A DNA stretch of 64,000 nucleotides, from assembly GCA_963804995.1 (NCBI GenBank), contig CAWDSK010000006.1, positions 1,632,001 to 1,696,000 of the forward strand, written 5' to 3'. A program made the translations under genes and the position numbers. Under the pieces are notes generated by a model. The model was not told the DNA's origin. It saw only the letters and a list, made by a program, of their open reading frames with translations, and made no database searches. Origin of the DNA: an uncultured Acidobacteriota bacterium. GTDB lineage: Bacteria > Acidobacteriota > Terriglobia > UBA7540. This document shows positions 53,680 to 63,789 of this stretch, one piece after another; within the stretch, counting starts at the first letter, position 1; every line of letters starts with the position of its first letter.

Positions 53680-53850
53680 TCCAGCTGAGGGGGGAACTAA
53701 TGGGTGGTATCGGTTGAAATTAGCTGCTTCGACATCGAGGCTGAGTCATGGAGGCCTAATGTTACGAGGCCACAATGGACCGCCAACGCGCCGCTGGCAC
53801 CAAGCTTCTCGCCGGAACCAATTCACGAAATGACTGGCCCTTCATACGGG

Positions 53851-55251
53851 CTAGTGACGCCCATCAAGACTCACAAGGACGTGTGGCGAGCCACCTGCGC
53901 TAGCCGGGACCAGCGTCACCGCCTTCAACTTATCAAGCGAGGCGAGGACGCTCTGCCAGCGAGCGGAGTCTTTCTTGGTTTCGATCGGTGCGGAGAGGTC
54001 CCCATAAAAGCTCAGGATGTTCGCGCGCAACTCCGGTGATGTGCGGTCGAACTTTCGCTCTGTAAGCCTGGCCAGCAACTTTGCGTACGCATCGTCGGTC
54101 AGGGTGTACTCCGCCGGCTTGGTTGCTTTTCCGGTGTCAAAATCAATATCCGCGAGTTCGAGCGAATCCGTTCGCACTTCTTCCAGATAGGCTCGGTACT
54201 GGTCTACAGAGGTATTAATGCTCTTAAAATACATCTCCTCCGTCTTGGGAGTAGGGCTCTTGAACGCCATCGCCTTGAAGGGTCCTATTTTCGGCATGTA
54301 ATGCAACAACACGGCCATCACGCGCACGCCGAATCCCGGCTTCGTGTATTCCTTCCCCCAGTTCTTTTCATAATCGGAGCGTGAAAGACGGTAAAGGAAT
54401 TTTCGTTTTGAGAAGCTGGGCTCTTCGCGCGTCATGTCCTTCTTATGAGTCCGCAGCGCCACCCGGGTCATTTCCGGGATGACCTGGCTGACCGAGTAAC
54501 GGTATGACCCGATCGCAAGATCCTCGTGGGAAAGCACGTCTTTCAAGTCCACGCCGTAAACCACCGGAAAGACGCGTTCCAGCAGGGGCTTGGATACCTG
54601 GAAGCCGATGAAATCGTGATATTGCTGCGAGGCATAGCGGCTCTTCGCCACCTGCACCATGTCGAACCCGAATTCCGTTCGGATATGCGCCGTTCTGTCC
54701 TCGGCGTACTTGACGGAGTTGCCATACTTCGCCCGCAGCTTCGGGTATTCAATCGCCACCGCCTGGTTGACCGCCGGGTGGCCGGCAATGTCCGACGCGT
54801 AGTGCGCCAGGGCGCCCAGGGCGAACGCGTACTCGTTGGCGTCCTGACTTTCGAGCACCAGCTCGCGAACAAAGTCCCCGCTGCGCACGTAGTGCACCAG
54901 GTCGCTGAATTCCCTGCTGCCGAAGGGGTAGTAGCCGAGGTCCTGAATGACCGCGCCGCCGTAAGCATAGGCGTGCGCCTGGGTGATCTGGTCCTCCGTC
55001 AGCGCCGGGAATCGCTTGAGGAGCAGAGGCCGGATCTCATCCTTCCAGAGCAGGTCCACAATTTCCTCGTGCGTCAGGACGGAATATGCAAACGAGCTGA
55101 GACCGCACATCAGCAAGGTGATGAGAGTTGCCAACAGACGAATACGCAGGAGGCGCCAACCACTTACGACAACGCCCGGCAATGACACTTTATGCGTGGA
55201 CCTCGTTAAACCTTGCTGCCTTGGTCTTGTTATGGGTTTCATTTTCTCCAC
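53851..55251 (-). CDS. Zinc-dependent phospholipase C family protein (start uncertain)
   Basis: YSVLTHEEIVD, QDLGYY, HY, GALAHYASD..GH and HIRTEFGFD. Confidence 0.8.
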   Translation of the reverse strand: MEKMKPITRPRQQGLTRSTHKVSLPGVVVSGWRLLRIRLLATLITLLMCGLSSFAYSVLTHEEIVDLLWKDEIRPLLLKRFPALTEDQITQAHAYAYGGAVIQDLGYYPFGSREFSDLVHYVRSGDFVRELVLESQDANEYAFALGALAHYASDIAGHPAVNQAVAIEYPKLRAKYGNSVKYAEDRTAHIRTEFGFDMVQVAKSRYASQQYHDFIGFQVSKPLLERVFPVVYGVDLKDVLSHEDLAIGSYRYSVSQVIPEMTRVALRTHKKDMTREEPSFSKRKFLYRLSRSDYEKNWGKEYTKPGFGVRVMAVLLHYMPKIGPFKAMAFKSPTPKTEEMYFKSINTSVDQYRAYLEEVRTDSLELADIDFDTGKATKPAEYTLTDDAYAKLLARLTERKFDRTSPELRANILSFYGDLSAPIETKKDSARWQSVLASLDKLKAVTLVPASAGGSPHVLVSLDGRH

Positions 55252-55351
55252 CGATGCCTTACCGAGTAAGGCGACCTGGCTGGCAGCATCAGCATCCGGC
55301 TGGGTAAGTTCCGTGCCGCCAGCACCAGAGAGATCGCGGAGTCTTTACAGG

Positions 55352-55789
55352 TTAATGTCCAAGGTTAAGTTCAAGGTGGATCGCGTCGTGAACACGATAC
55401 CCATCGTCAATCAGAACCACATGTCCCCCGATGACGACGTAACGGTAGCCGCGCGGGGCACGGCCCAAACCGCGCGTCATTTCATAGGGCGCCGGGCGAC
55501 TCATTCTCCGCATATCATCATCGAGCACGTAGCCTGGCTGAAGCCGATTTTCGTAGTCGTTGTTCCATCGTTCCTGTCTAAAAACCTCCTGGTTTCGGTT
55601 CTGGTTGTAATAAGTGGTCGCGTATTGGCGTTGATTTTCGTTGAACTGGCGATAGCGCTTCTTTGTTTGGCCGCGATTCTCAGTCCGTTGGGTTTGTCCG
55701 CGGTTCTCGTTCTCTTGTGCCACGGCCGCATAGCACGTCAAGGCCAGCAACCCCGTCACACTAGCAGTCACCCACCATTTTGTTTTCAT
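55352..55789 (-). CDS. Secreted RcnB-like protein
   Basis: Signal peptide; LGRAPRGYRYVVIGGHVVLID. Confidence 0.7.
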   Translation of the reverse strand: MKTKWWVTASVTGLLALTCYAAVAQENENRGQTQRTENRGQTKKRYRQFNENQRQYATTYYNQNRNQEVFRQERWNNDYENRLQPGYVLDDDMRRMSRPAPYEMTRGLGRAPRGYRYVVIGGHVVLIDDGYRVHDAIHLELNLGH

Positions 55790-55877
55790 ATGTTCTCTCC
55801 ACGGCGCATTAGGATTTCCATCTTGAAAGTCTGCATTGCTGTAAGCGGACGCCTCAGCGCATTGCTCTCACCTGCTC

Positions 55878-55942
55878 TTTATAATCGAGGTCGAGGCACG
55901 CGTCAGTTCATTGCGGCTCACCCGTTTGGTCAAAATTGCTCA
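55878..55942 (-). promoter_or_regulatory. Conserved two-box promoter, copy 3
   Basis: TGAGCAATTTTGACCA-5-GTGAGCCGCAATGAA-CTGACG-17-TATAAA. Confidence 0.75.
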
Positions 55943-56272
55943 GGCCAGTTCGTGAGGAGGAAACTAAGTGGGGTGGCCGGGTTTTCGAGGGTGAAGGGGA
56001 TAGGGAGCTTGGGGGGCAGCTCCTGCCGGATGCCCGCAACCGTCGTTGCCGGGGCGGCGGGGGGCCCGGAAAACGGGTGAATAACGGGGAGGCTAGGCGT
56101 GCAGGATCGAAGGGACGAAGGAGCCATCCTGGGGAACATCGGCGGTGGTGTCTTCCCTGAAAACTATTAACCTGAAAAACGGTGTAAGGATGCATTCACG
56201 CGCCAGACGTTCGTGGCGTCTGGCGCGGTGGTTGCTTTCGTTCGATGACTGACCGTTCTCTCCCTCGATCGC

Positions 56273-56963
56273 TTATAACCGGGCAAACGTTCGTCCACCC
56301 GCGGGAGAGTATTTCATCAATGCGCCGTCCAGACCCTGGGCCGCACGCGTGGGGCGCACGCTGCCGTCGATCAGAATTTCTTTCGCGGTCACCCGGCGTC
56401 CATAGACTTTCTGATTATCGTCTTCGTCCTGCTTGTACACAGCTCCGTTCGAGCGACGCTCCGCCAAACAAGCCGCGTGAGCGCGAGTAGCTAAGAATCT
56501 CCGCGTGGAGCTGCGCGTCGGTCGCGCCTTCCGCGGAACGACCCACCGGGCCGCCCGCTACGGATAATTCCGCACCCAGCTTGACGCTGTCCTGAACCAG
56601 TTTTTTCATGCCTTCAGGGTTCATCACCAGGAAAACCACGTCGGTGGCCTTACCGCCGATCTGAAATCCCACGCTCGCGCCGCCGATGGTGAACATGGAA
56701 GGCGCATCCCACGCCCCGTTCCCGCCCCTGCGGCACACCAGCACACCGCGTCCATAAGTGCCACCAAATCCCAAGGCGAACTTCACCTCGGAAGGAACGA
56801 TGCCCACACACACGGCCTTGTCCAGCAAATCATGAGGAATCCCCTTGTCGGGAGTACTCATGATCTCGTTCAGAACGTTGGTTGCCTTTTGCAGTTGGCT
56901 CTCACCTGCAAACGCCGTTGCACAGAAGGTCAGCAACAGAAGAACTAAAGTAAGTCTTTTCAT
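56273..56963 (-). CDS. SYLF/Ysc84 domain protein with a +1 frameshift near 56449
   Basis: Paralog of the 38794 gene; halves join as GASLDGAVYKQD. Confidence 0.88.
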
Positions 56964-57046
56964 TTAAAGCTCCTTTTTCAATCACACCACCTGACCGGAG
57001 TGTCCGATGTTCCCATTCAGACCTGGCGGACTACTGGCCGGCATTG

Positions 57047-57229
57047 CTATGCTTCGAGGACCTTTTCCACCTTGCCGATTATCTTTTGAACCTTCCCGGC
57101 CACCTTTTCACCTGTGCCCTCGCCTTCCAACCCGGGATTATTCGTCAGTTGTCCTGCTTTTTCCTTGATTGTGCCCTTCATTTCGTGAAACTTGCCTTCG
57201 GCCTTATCTTTGGTGCTTGGCTTCATCAT
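57047..57229 (-). CDS. csbD: CsbD family stress protein
   Basis: KDKAEGKFHEMKGTIKEKAGQLTNNPGLEGEG. Confidence 0.9.
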   Translation of the reverse strand: MMKPSTKDKAEGKFHEMKGTIKEKAGQLTNNPGLEGEGTGEKVAGKVQKIIGKVEKVLEA

Positions 57230-57403
57230 GGTTGTTCCTTTGGCAGGATTCAGGGCCGCAGCTCCAGTGCGATCCACTAGAGAAAGTGCATACGCCTCTT
57301 TGCTTGAGCGGTTGATGCGACACCTGCCGCCTCTCTCCTGCCCACTACGCCTTGTCTCGGTTTTTCTCAGCGGGAGACTCTCGCGAGTCCCTTGCCAGTT
57401 ATG

Positions 57404-57468
57404 TTTATGGCCCGGGATGATGCGCGTGTCTGTTCAGCATGGCTCAGGCGTTTGGTCTTAATTGCTCA
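57404..57468 (-). promoter_or_regulatory. Conserved two-box promoter, copy 4 (csbD)
   Basis: TGAGCAATTAAGACCA-5-CTGAGCCATGCTGAA-CAGACA-17-CATAAA. Confidence 0.7.
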
Positions 57469-57475
57469 TCACGGT

Positions 57476-58189
57476 TCAGGAGGGGGAACTACCGTTGGAG
57501 AGGATGGGAATGATCGAGGGTTGACCCGGGGGCTGGTCGTTTACGACCCCGCTGAGGAGACCGCGATGGACCGTTAAATCGCCTTTGCCATTGTAATCCA
57601 CAAAGCCCAGCTTCCTGAACTTGTTCATGAAATGACTAACCCTCAACCGGGTGGTGCCGACCATTTGGGCCAGGTGTTGCTGGTTGATTCTGGGAAATGC
57701 AGTTCCGTCTCCACTTCCAGCGCCAAACTGCGTAAGCAGCAAGAGAATCCGGGCCAGGCGTTTCTCGCTGAAATTGAAAAGTCGGTCCACGAAGTCTTGT
57801 TCGCCCCGAACCATCCGAGAAAGCAGGTAGGAGATAAGAAGCTTTGCAAAGGCAGGCTCTTGATGGATCAGGTGAACAATCGTCCCCTTCTTCACGCGGG
57901 TGATCGTGGATAATTGAATGGCGGTTGCGGTCGACGCCCGCACGGATCGATTTACCAGGCAGCCCTCTCCAAACACGTCGCCTGGCCCCAAAATGGCGAT
58001 GACCGCTAGTTTGCCGTGCGGCGATTCAACCGCGAGCTTCACGCTGCCATTCTGGATGTGGAACATTGCATCCGCCGCGTCTCCTTGCGCATAGATGACC
58101 TGTTGATCCTGGTACTCCCGAGTGGTCTTTTGAGCGCCGATTCTTCTGAGGAAATTCCGGGAATTAAAGGTGAGCGTATGTTTGCTCAT
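57476..58189 (-). CDS. Crp/Fnr family transcriptional regulator (paralog of 36742)
   Basis: GDVFGEG, SEKRLAR and LAQMVGTTRLRVSHFMNKFR. Confidence 0.92.
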   Translation of the reverse strand: MSKHTLTFNSRNFLRRIGAQKTTREYQDQQVIYAQGDAADAMFHIQNGSVKLAVESPHGKLAVIAILGPGDVFGEGCLVNRSVRASTATAIQLSTITRVKKGTIVHLIHQEPAFAKLLISYLLSRMVRGEQDFVDRLFNFSEKRLARILLLLTQFGAGSGDGTAFPRINQQHLAQMVGTTRLRVSHFMNKFRKLGFVDYNGKGDLTVHRGLLSGVVNDQPPGQPSIIPILSNGSSPS

Positions 58190-58270
58190 GCTAGTTGTCT
58201 CCAGAGGCCCGATCTCGCTACCGGGCCACGTCACCCTCGTGAGCGCGTTGCGCACGGGGCGCGTGCGGTC

Positions 58271-58849
58271 TTACGCGGGCTCTGAGCTTTCGATCAAGAA
58301 GGGTACACGAGCCTCGCAGTGGACACAGACGGCGGTCCGTTCCATGGTCTTATTCTCAGGTGTGCTCGTCACCTGGAATATGCGCAGGCAGTCGGTGCAG
58401 GTCAGAACGAAATAACCGGCGCCGTCCGGGCGTGTCCGAACCGGGGTACTGACCACTTGTGGGAGGTTAGCAGGATCGGGCGTTTTTCGAACCAGCTCGT
58501 GGACGGCCTGCAAGAGGTCGGGAATCTGTTGCGCGCTCTTTTCGAACCAGCGGTCGGGCTTGGCCTCCGCCGGGAGTTCGCGTTGGATTGATCCCGAGAG
58601 AACAATTACCGGTATGGAAGGGAAACGCCGGCGCACCACGGATATAAACTCGATCCCAGACATGCGGGGCATCTGGATGTCGGAAATAATGACTTTGGGA
58701 AGCTTATCACGGAGCTTCACCAAACCGTCGATTCCGTCCTCGGCCTGTTGGGCTTCGAAACCTGCTTCTTCCAATTGCTCCGAAAGAACATCCCGAATAG
58801 CAGGATCGTCGTCCACCAGCAAAACACTATTTGCGGAAACGTCGCGCAT
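58271..58849 (-). CDS. Response regulator receiver with a C-terminal zinc ribbon
   Basis: LLVDDD, SDIQMP; CTDC...CVHC. Confidence 0.88.
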   Translation of the reverse strand: MRDVSANSVLLVDDDPAIRDVLSEQLEEAGFEAQQAEDGIDGLVKLRDKLPKVIISDIQMPRMSGIEFISVVRRRFPSIPVIVLSGSIQRELPAEAKPDRWFEKSAQQIPDLLQAVHELVRKTPDPANLPQVVSTPVRTRPDGAGYFVLTCTDCLRIFQVTSTPENKTMERTAVCVHCEARVPFLIESSEPA

Positions 58850-58898
58850 AACAATCTCCTCAACAGACGCTGAGCAACTGCCCTAGCCCCCACCCAAT

Positions 58899-58964
58899 TT
58901 TATAGAACGAGGATGCCGCGCCTGTCTGTACAGTAAGGCACACCCGTCTGGTCAATATTGCTCA
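58899..58964 (-). promoter_or_regulatory. Conserved two-box promoter, copy 5 (response regulator-crp)
   Basis: TGAGCAATATTGACCA-5-GTGTGCCTTACTGTA-CAGACA-18-TATAAA. Confidence 0.75.
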
Positions 58965-59095
58965 TCGCCCCGGGGGGCGTACCAAGGAGAAAATAATGCG
59001 CCTCAACAGCTCAGAGGGATGTGGCCGGGTGTATATTCTTAACTGCCAGAATGCCCGGGTGGAATTTCAGGCTTATTCTGCCTGACTAGCAAAAC

Positions 59096-59779
59096 ATGTT
59101 GTTTCTCTCTGACATCCACATACTTTCGGCCGCATTTTTCATGGGATTGGCGGCGGCCGCACCGATGGGCCCTGTCAACATGCTGGCCATCCGCCGCGGC
59201 TTGATCGGCGGTTGGCGCCATACCCTCGCCTGCGGAATCGGCTCGGTCACCGGCGAACTTATCCTTTTCGCCGTGGTCCTCCTGGGTGGTCACTATCTCT
59301 TTTCCGACCTGTCCAACCCGACTCTCGAGACCGTCCTGGCGGCCATCGGCGTCATCGTCCTGCTTCCCCTGGGAATCTACTTCATTGTCCACGCCGTCAA
59401 GGAGCCCCTGCGGGCCTACGCCAGCGCTCGCAAAGGCTGGGATGAAGGCACTGTCCCCGAGCATCTGGCCACCGATGTCGCCTCCTGTGCCGCCCTAACC
59501 ATGTTCAATCCCTTAACCATGATTTACTGGGTCGGCGTCACTGCCAACTGGCTCCCCCTGGCCCATTCCATTTTGGGCTCCAAAGCCGCCGGCTGGGGAA
59601 TCGTGATGGTGGCTGGCGGGCTGATGACCTGGTTCACCACGCTGATCGTGGTCGTTCGCTTCCTCCCCCACCGCATCGGCCCGGCCTTCTTCCGCCTTGT
59701 CAACGCCATCCTCGGCCTTATCCTCCTCGGCTTCGCCACGTTCTGCACCATAGTCCTGTCCCGACATTTCCTCGGCTGA
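59096..59779 (+). CDS. LysE family transporter
   Basis: PMGPVNMLAIRRGL and TMFNPLTMIYW. Confidence 0.88.
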   Translation: MLFLSDIHILSAAFFMGLAAAAPMGPVNMLAIRRGLIGGWRHTLACGIGSVTGELILFAVVLLGGHYLFSDLSNPTLETVLAAIGVIVLLPLGIYFIVHAVKEPLRAYASARKGWDEGTVPEHLATDVASCAALTMFNPLTMIYWVGVTANWLPLAHSILGSKAAGWGIVMVAGGLMTWFTTLIVVVRFLPHRIGPAFFRLVNAILGLILLGFATFCTIVLSRHFLG

Positions 59780-59784
59780 CCCCC

Positions 59785-60288
59785 TTATTCCACCACCCAC
59801 GTAGTGAATCCTTTTCCCAGGCGGACGAGTTCGTCGGCGGGATTCGTTTGCAGAAGGGCACGAAGCCAGGAGAGAGACCGCCTCCCCACGACAACGGTTT
59901 GACATCCGCGCACTCGCGCCAACCTGAGGATCTCTTTGGGTGCATTCCTTCTGTCGCTCGGATAGCAGAAATGGACTTCGATTTCTCCGCGCGCAAATCC
60001 CGCCCGGCGCAAATCCGCGTAAGCGAGTTCCAATGACCCTGACGCCTTTCTCTTCGCTGCAGACACCCAGAGAGCCCGGCTGGCGCGTAGACGTGCTTCC
60101 AGCCATTCCTCCTTATGGGGATCCTCAGCGCCGCCGAACTCCATCATTCGCGCCGGCGGCGAGGGGAGCGTGTGCGCCAGGCAGACCCGAAAGCCCCGGC
60201 GCCCGCCTAAGATTCGCCCCACATACGCTACGGCCCTCATCGATGCGAGCGAATTGTCGACAACAACAAGAAGTTTAGTAATCGTCAA
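59785..60288 (-). CDS. Universal stress protein
   Basis: KLLVVVDNS..SMRAV and TVVVGRRS; probable TTG start. Confidence 0.82.
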   Translation of the reverse strand: MTITKLLVVVDNSLASMRAVAYVGRILGGRRGFRVCLAHTLPSPPARMMEFGGAEDPHKEEWLEARLRASRALWVSAAKRKASGSLELAYADLRRAGFARGEIEVHFCYPSDRRNAPKEILRLARVRGCQTVVVGRRSLSWLRALLQTNPADELVRLGKGFTTWVVE

Positions 60289-60361
60289 TTCGGTTCCCTT
60301 CGAGCTGCGCTTCGTTCGGAAGTTATAATTCGATAGATGGACATCATAAATCCCGCCCCAA

Positions 60362-61147
60362 TCAACCTTTGCTTGCTGCCTGGCTCTGTTGTTCAGGGAC
60401 TGGCGCCCAATAAGGGGAGCGGGCGTAATAATCGTAAAGCCGATGCTCGTACTCGCGAGTGACGGGCGTTGACTCGTCCCACTCCGGGCCGTTCTGGATG
60501 GCTTCCCGGGTAAGGTCAACGTTGACCTTGGAGTCCGGCCAGCTCACAGAGGTGATCCACTGAGGCGATACCAGCACTCTTCTGCCAGGCCACCAGTTCC
60601 GCGTATCCACCTCGAGGTATCGAATGGCCCAGGTTTCATCATCGACGATGAAGTCCCGTACGTGACCGATCTCACCGTCTTCCGCCTCGATGTGATAACC
60701 TGTCACCTCGTCGGTGCTGCGCAGATGTGAATCGGCTGACTCTTTTCCTGCCCTGGCTTCGAATGCTTCCGCTTCGGCCTGCGCTTCCCTTTGAATAACC
60801 AAGGCTGTGTCGTAATTGGGCCCAGCCCAATAATAGGGGTAATCGTAATACGCCATGTAGGCGGCCTCATGCTGCCGTGAGACAGGCTTGTGCGTATCGA
60901 TGGGGGGGCTATTCTCAACCTGCTTTTTCGTCAGCGCCACATCAAGTCGCATGGATTCCCATGCCACCTGGCGAAGGGCAATCGGCGAAATCAGCACCAG
61001 CCGACCGCTCAGCCAAATCCCGGTATTGACGATGAGGTAGCGGATGGCCCAGGTCTCGTCGTCGAAATAGAACTGATCCAAGGTTCCAACCTCCCCATCC
61101 CTGGCTCGAATCTCAAAATCCTTTAGACGGCTGACGTTTCTTAACAT
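60362..61147 (-). CDS. Tandem PRC-barrel domain protein
   Basis: Two DGE(V/I)G...DDETWAIRYL repeats. Confidence 0.88.
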   Translation of the reverse strand: MLRNVSRLKDFEIRARDGEVGTLDQFYFDDETWAIRYLIVNTGIWLSGRLVLISPIALRQVAWESMRLDVALTKKQVENSPPIDTHKPVSRQHEAAYMAYYDYPYYWAGPNYDTALVIQREAQAEAEAFEARAGKESADSHLRSTDEVTGYHIEAEDGEIGHVRDFIVDDETWAIRYLEVDTRNWWPGRRVLVSPQWITSVSWPDSKVNVDLTREAIQNGPEWDESTPVTREYEHRLYDYYARSPYWAPVPEQQSQAASKG

Positions 61148-61497
61148 GGTTCTACCCTCCTTGGCATTTGGCAGCGTAATGTCGGATTATCTCGCACTGG
61201 CCGTGGCGTGTTGCGCGGGTTCGACCACGTGCATGGTATGCTCAACCGGGCGAGTCGTGTGGATGATGTCCTTCACCCTGGCCACCTCGCCCGCTTGCCT
61301 TTAGGTGCGGCGCTCGCCAGTAACCCCGGCGTTGCACAACAGTTTATACCCGTGCCCGCCCCTGCATGTTGTCAGGTTTGGATCGCGGCCGGGCTCGGCT
61401 GCCTTTTGGCCGGTGCGGCAAGGGCCCCCACTGTGCCAGCCCTGTGCCGGAGGCGCGTGGTGACCTACATGCCGCGAGTGCAGAGACAGGATGCTTT

Positions 61498-62481
61498 TTA
61501 CTGGGTTTTCTGGTCGCCAGCAATCGCCTCCTGCTGCTCTTCCGCCTTTTGCCAACTGGAACTGGGGTCATATTCCTTCATAGCCTTGGCGAGAGGCTCG
61601 GTCTTCTTGCCGAGATCCTTCTGATACACTACTCCCTCCTCGTTAACGATGAAGGTCATCACGCCCGACAACCGGTACTCCGCTGGATAGGCCACGAAAG
61701 CGAAACCCTCTGTCATCTTGCCGTTTACGATGTAACTTTTCGCGCCGCCTGGGCCATTCTTTCCCTGGCGGGTGAGGATGAGGTAATAGTATCCGCGGTA
61801 AGGTGTCGGGGAGCCGTCCGGGCTTGTGGCATGGCTCATCGCCACGGCCGATGCCACCAGCGGCCCGACGGGGCTCTGGGGTTCGCCCTCCGCAGCTTTC
61901 CAATAAAGGCCATTGTGCTGCCCTTCACCACTGAAGATATCCTGGGCGTACTCGTTGTGCTGTGTGGAGTAGTATTCCTTTTGCGCCGCCACAAGCTCCT
62001 GGCATACGCGAATAGTGGATATTTCATTCCGGCCAATGCGCCTGTACAGGATTTCTTTCCTGCCCGCGTCGGTGTCGAAATACCACGAACTCCCCTTGTT
62101 CATGAGCGGTATGGGCGTGGGCCAATTCTCCGCGCCAATATACAAAACCGTGTTTCCATCCGGTTCTTTCACCAGACGGTGCATGACTCGATATCTCTCC
62201 ACGAAATCAGCACGGCTCTGGGCATCCTCGGTTTCGTCTCCCGACGAGACGATCTGCTTTCCGTCTCAACCGAGGATATCGAGCAGCGCTTTTTCGTCGT
62301 TACTCTGCGCTGCCGTGACGAGTGCATTGCTGGCGTCCTCCGGCGATGAAAACGTTTTCTGGCCCGGTTGCTGCGCTAGGGAACGCGTGGGAAAGCCCGC
62401 CGTTAAAAGGATGGCAACCGCCGTTAACATAGGAAGATTGGCCCAACAAAATTTGTCGAAGTTCAGCTTCGTTCGCCGCAT
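61498..62481 (-). CDS. DUF2950 family protein with an in-frame TGA at 62266-62268
   Basis: QKTFSSPEDA, RRIGRNE, PYRGYYY and PAEYRLSGVMTF; both ORF pieces share one frame. Confidence 0.85.
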
Positions 62482-62538
62482 ATGGCTTCTCTCCATTTCT
62501 AAGTTTTACGAGCTACTAAGAATCTAACGGATTTTTGT

Positions 62539-63789
62539 TTAATGACGCCCACCGCCACCACGGGATCCTCCGCCGCCACCACCGCCGCCACCACCGCCAC
62601 GCGATCCTCCGCCACCGCCACGGGCTGCTCCGCCACCGACGCTGGCTTGTCCCCGAGACGAATAGCTCTTTGCTTGTCCGCCCTTCTCGATGTGGCTGAA
62701 GGCGCCCGTGCGGACGCCGGTCTGACCGCGGGGCGCAGCGTATCCTCGCGCCGCCTGCCTGTTCCCGTTGAATGGACTGACCGTTGCGCCGGGACGGCTT
62801 GCAACTCCGCCGCCCGCGCCCCCACCTCGGTTGATGTTGCTCCGGCTGGAAACTCCGCCGCCCGCGCCTCCACCTCGGTAGGTGTTGCTCCGGCTGGACA
62901 CACCGCCGCCCGCGCCCCCGCCTCTGTAGGTTCTGCTGCGGTTATAAAACGTGTTGCTCCGGGAGTAGTACCTGCCGCCGCCAAAAGTTGCGTATCGGCC
63001 ACCCCAATTGAATCCCCAATTATTCCAGCCCCATCCAAAACCTCCATAGAAGCCCATTCCGAAGCCCATTCCGAAAGAGAGGTAGGGGCCGCCATACCAT
63101 ATTCCGGGATACGGGTACCATCCCGGCCACGCCATGATGGGATCTCCGTAAGCCAACCACGGATCGTACGCGGGGACGTAAACGACCTCGGGGTTAGTAG
63201 GCTGAACGGCGATCGTCGAATCTTGCGTGGTTACGGTTTGCTGCGGCGTGGTCTTAAGATTGCCAGCTTTTTCCGCCCGCTGGCGCATCACCTGTATGGC
63301 GTCCATCACATCCTGTTGCTGGTTGTAGTAGGCGTCGCCTAGAGATGACGTCCAGGCAAGGTTCTTGTCCATATTTCCAAGGACGGATGGAAATGCCGTG
63401 AGCGCCTTGACGCTCGGGTCCCAGGGTTGTTGGTCTACCGCTTGACCCAAAGCGTCGCCCTTTAGATCCTGATGCTCCTGCACCCATCGGTCGGCCTGGA
63501 CCACTTGCTCGGGAAACGTGGATGCCGCCAGGATTTGCGCCACCAGCGAATCCGGATACATCGCAATCGGCGCCACCAACTGCTGCAATTGTTCGGGAGT
63601 TCCTTGTGTATAGGGCGGTGCCTGCTCAGTCGGCGGCGCCTGCTCGGTCGGTGGCGCCGGAGCGTCTTGATGAGCCGACATTTTCTGAGGCCATATCGTG
63701 TACCACAGAGCCAACGACAACAGGGGAATCAAAATCTGTACGCCCCCTCGAGGCCTTGGGAACCCTGCGGCACGTCTGAAAATGTTCAT
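62539..63789 (-). CDS. DUF3300 domain protein with a Gly/Arg-rich tail
   Basis: LVAPIAMYPDSL..QILAASTFP, WDPSVKAL and VYVPAYDP. Confidence 0.9.
   Translation of the reverse strand: MNIFRRAAGFPRPRGGVQILIPLLSLALWYTIWPQKMSAHQDAPAPPTEQAPPTEQAPPYTQGTPEQLQQLVAPIAMYPDSLVAQILAASTFPEQVVQADRWVQEHQDLKGDALGQAVDQQPWDPSVKALTAFPSVLGNMDKNLAWTSSLGDAYYNQQQDVMDAIQVMRQRAEKAGNLKTTPQQTVTTQDSTIAVQPTNPEVVYVPAYDPWLAYGDPIMAWPGWYPYPGIWYGGPYLSFGMGFGMGFYGGFGWGWNNWGFNWGGRYATFGGGRYYSRSNTFYNRSRTYRGGGAGGGVSSRSNTYRGGGAGGGVSSRSNINRGGGAGGGVASRPGATVSPFNGNRQAARGYAAPRGQTGVRTGAFSHIEKGGQAKSYSSRGQASVGGGAARGGGGGSRGGGGGGGGGGGSRGGGGRH

Noticed and set aside
55950..56240. Structured RNA between the SYLF and RcnB-like genes
   Set aside because: GC-rich hairpins are present, but there is no recognisable family or clear promoter-terminator pair
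62266..62268. Selenocysteine or programmed readthrough at in-frame TGA (also 17230)
   Set aside because: No evident SECIS; at 17230 the expected residue is the Arg of a twin-arginine motif; both fit CGA>TGA in GTCGAG
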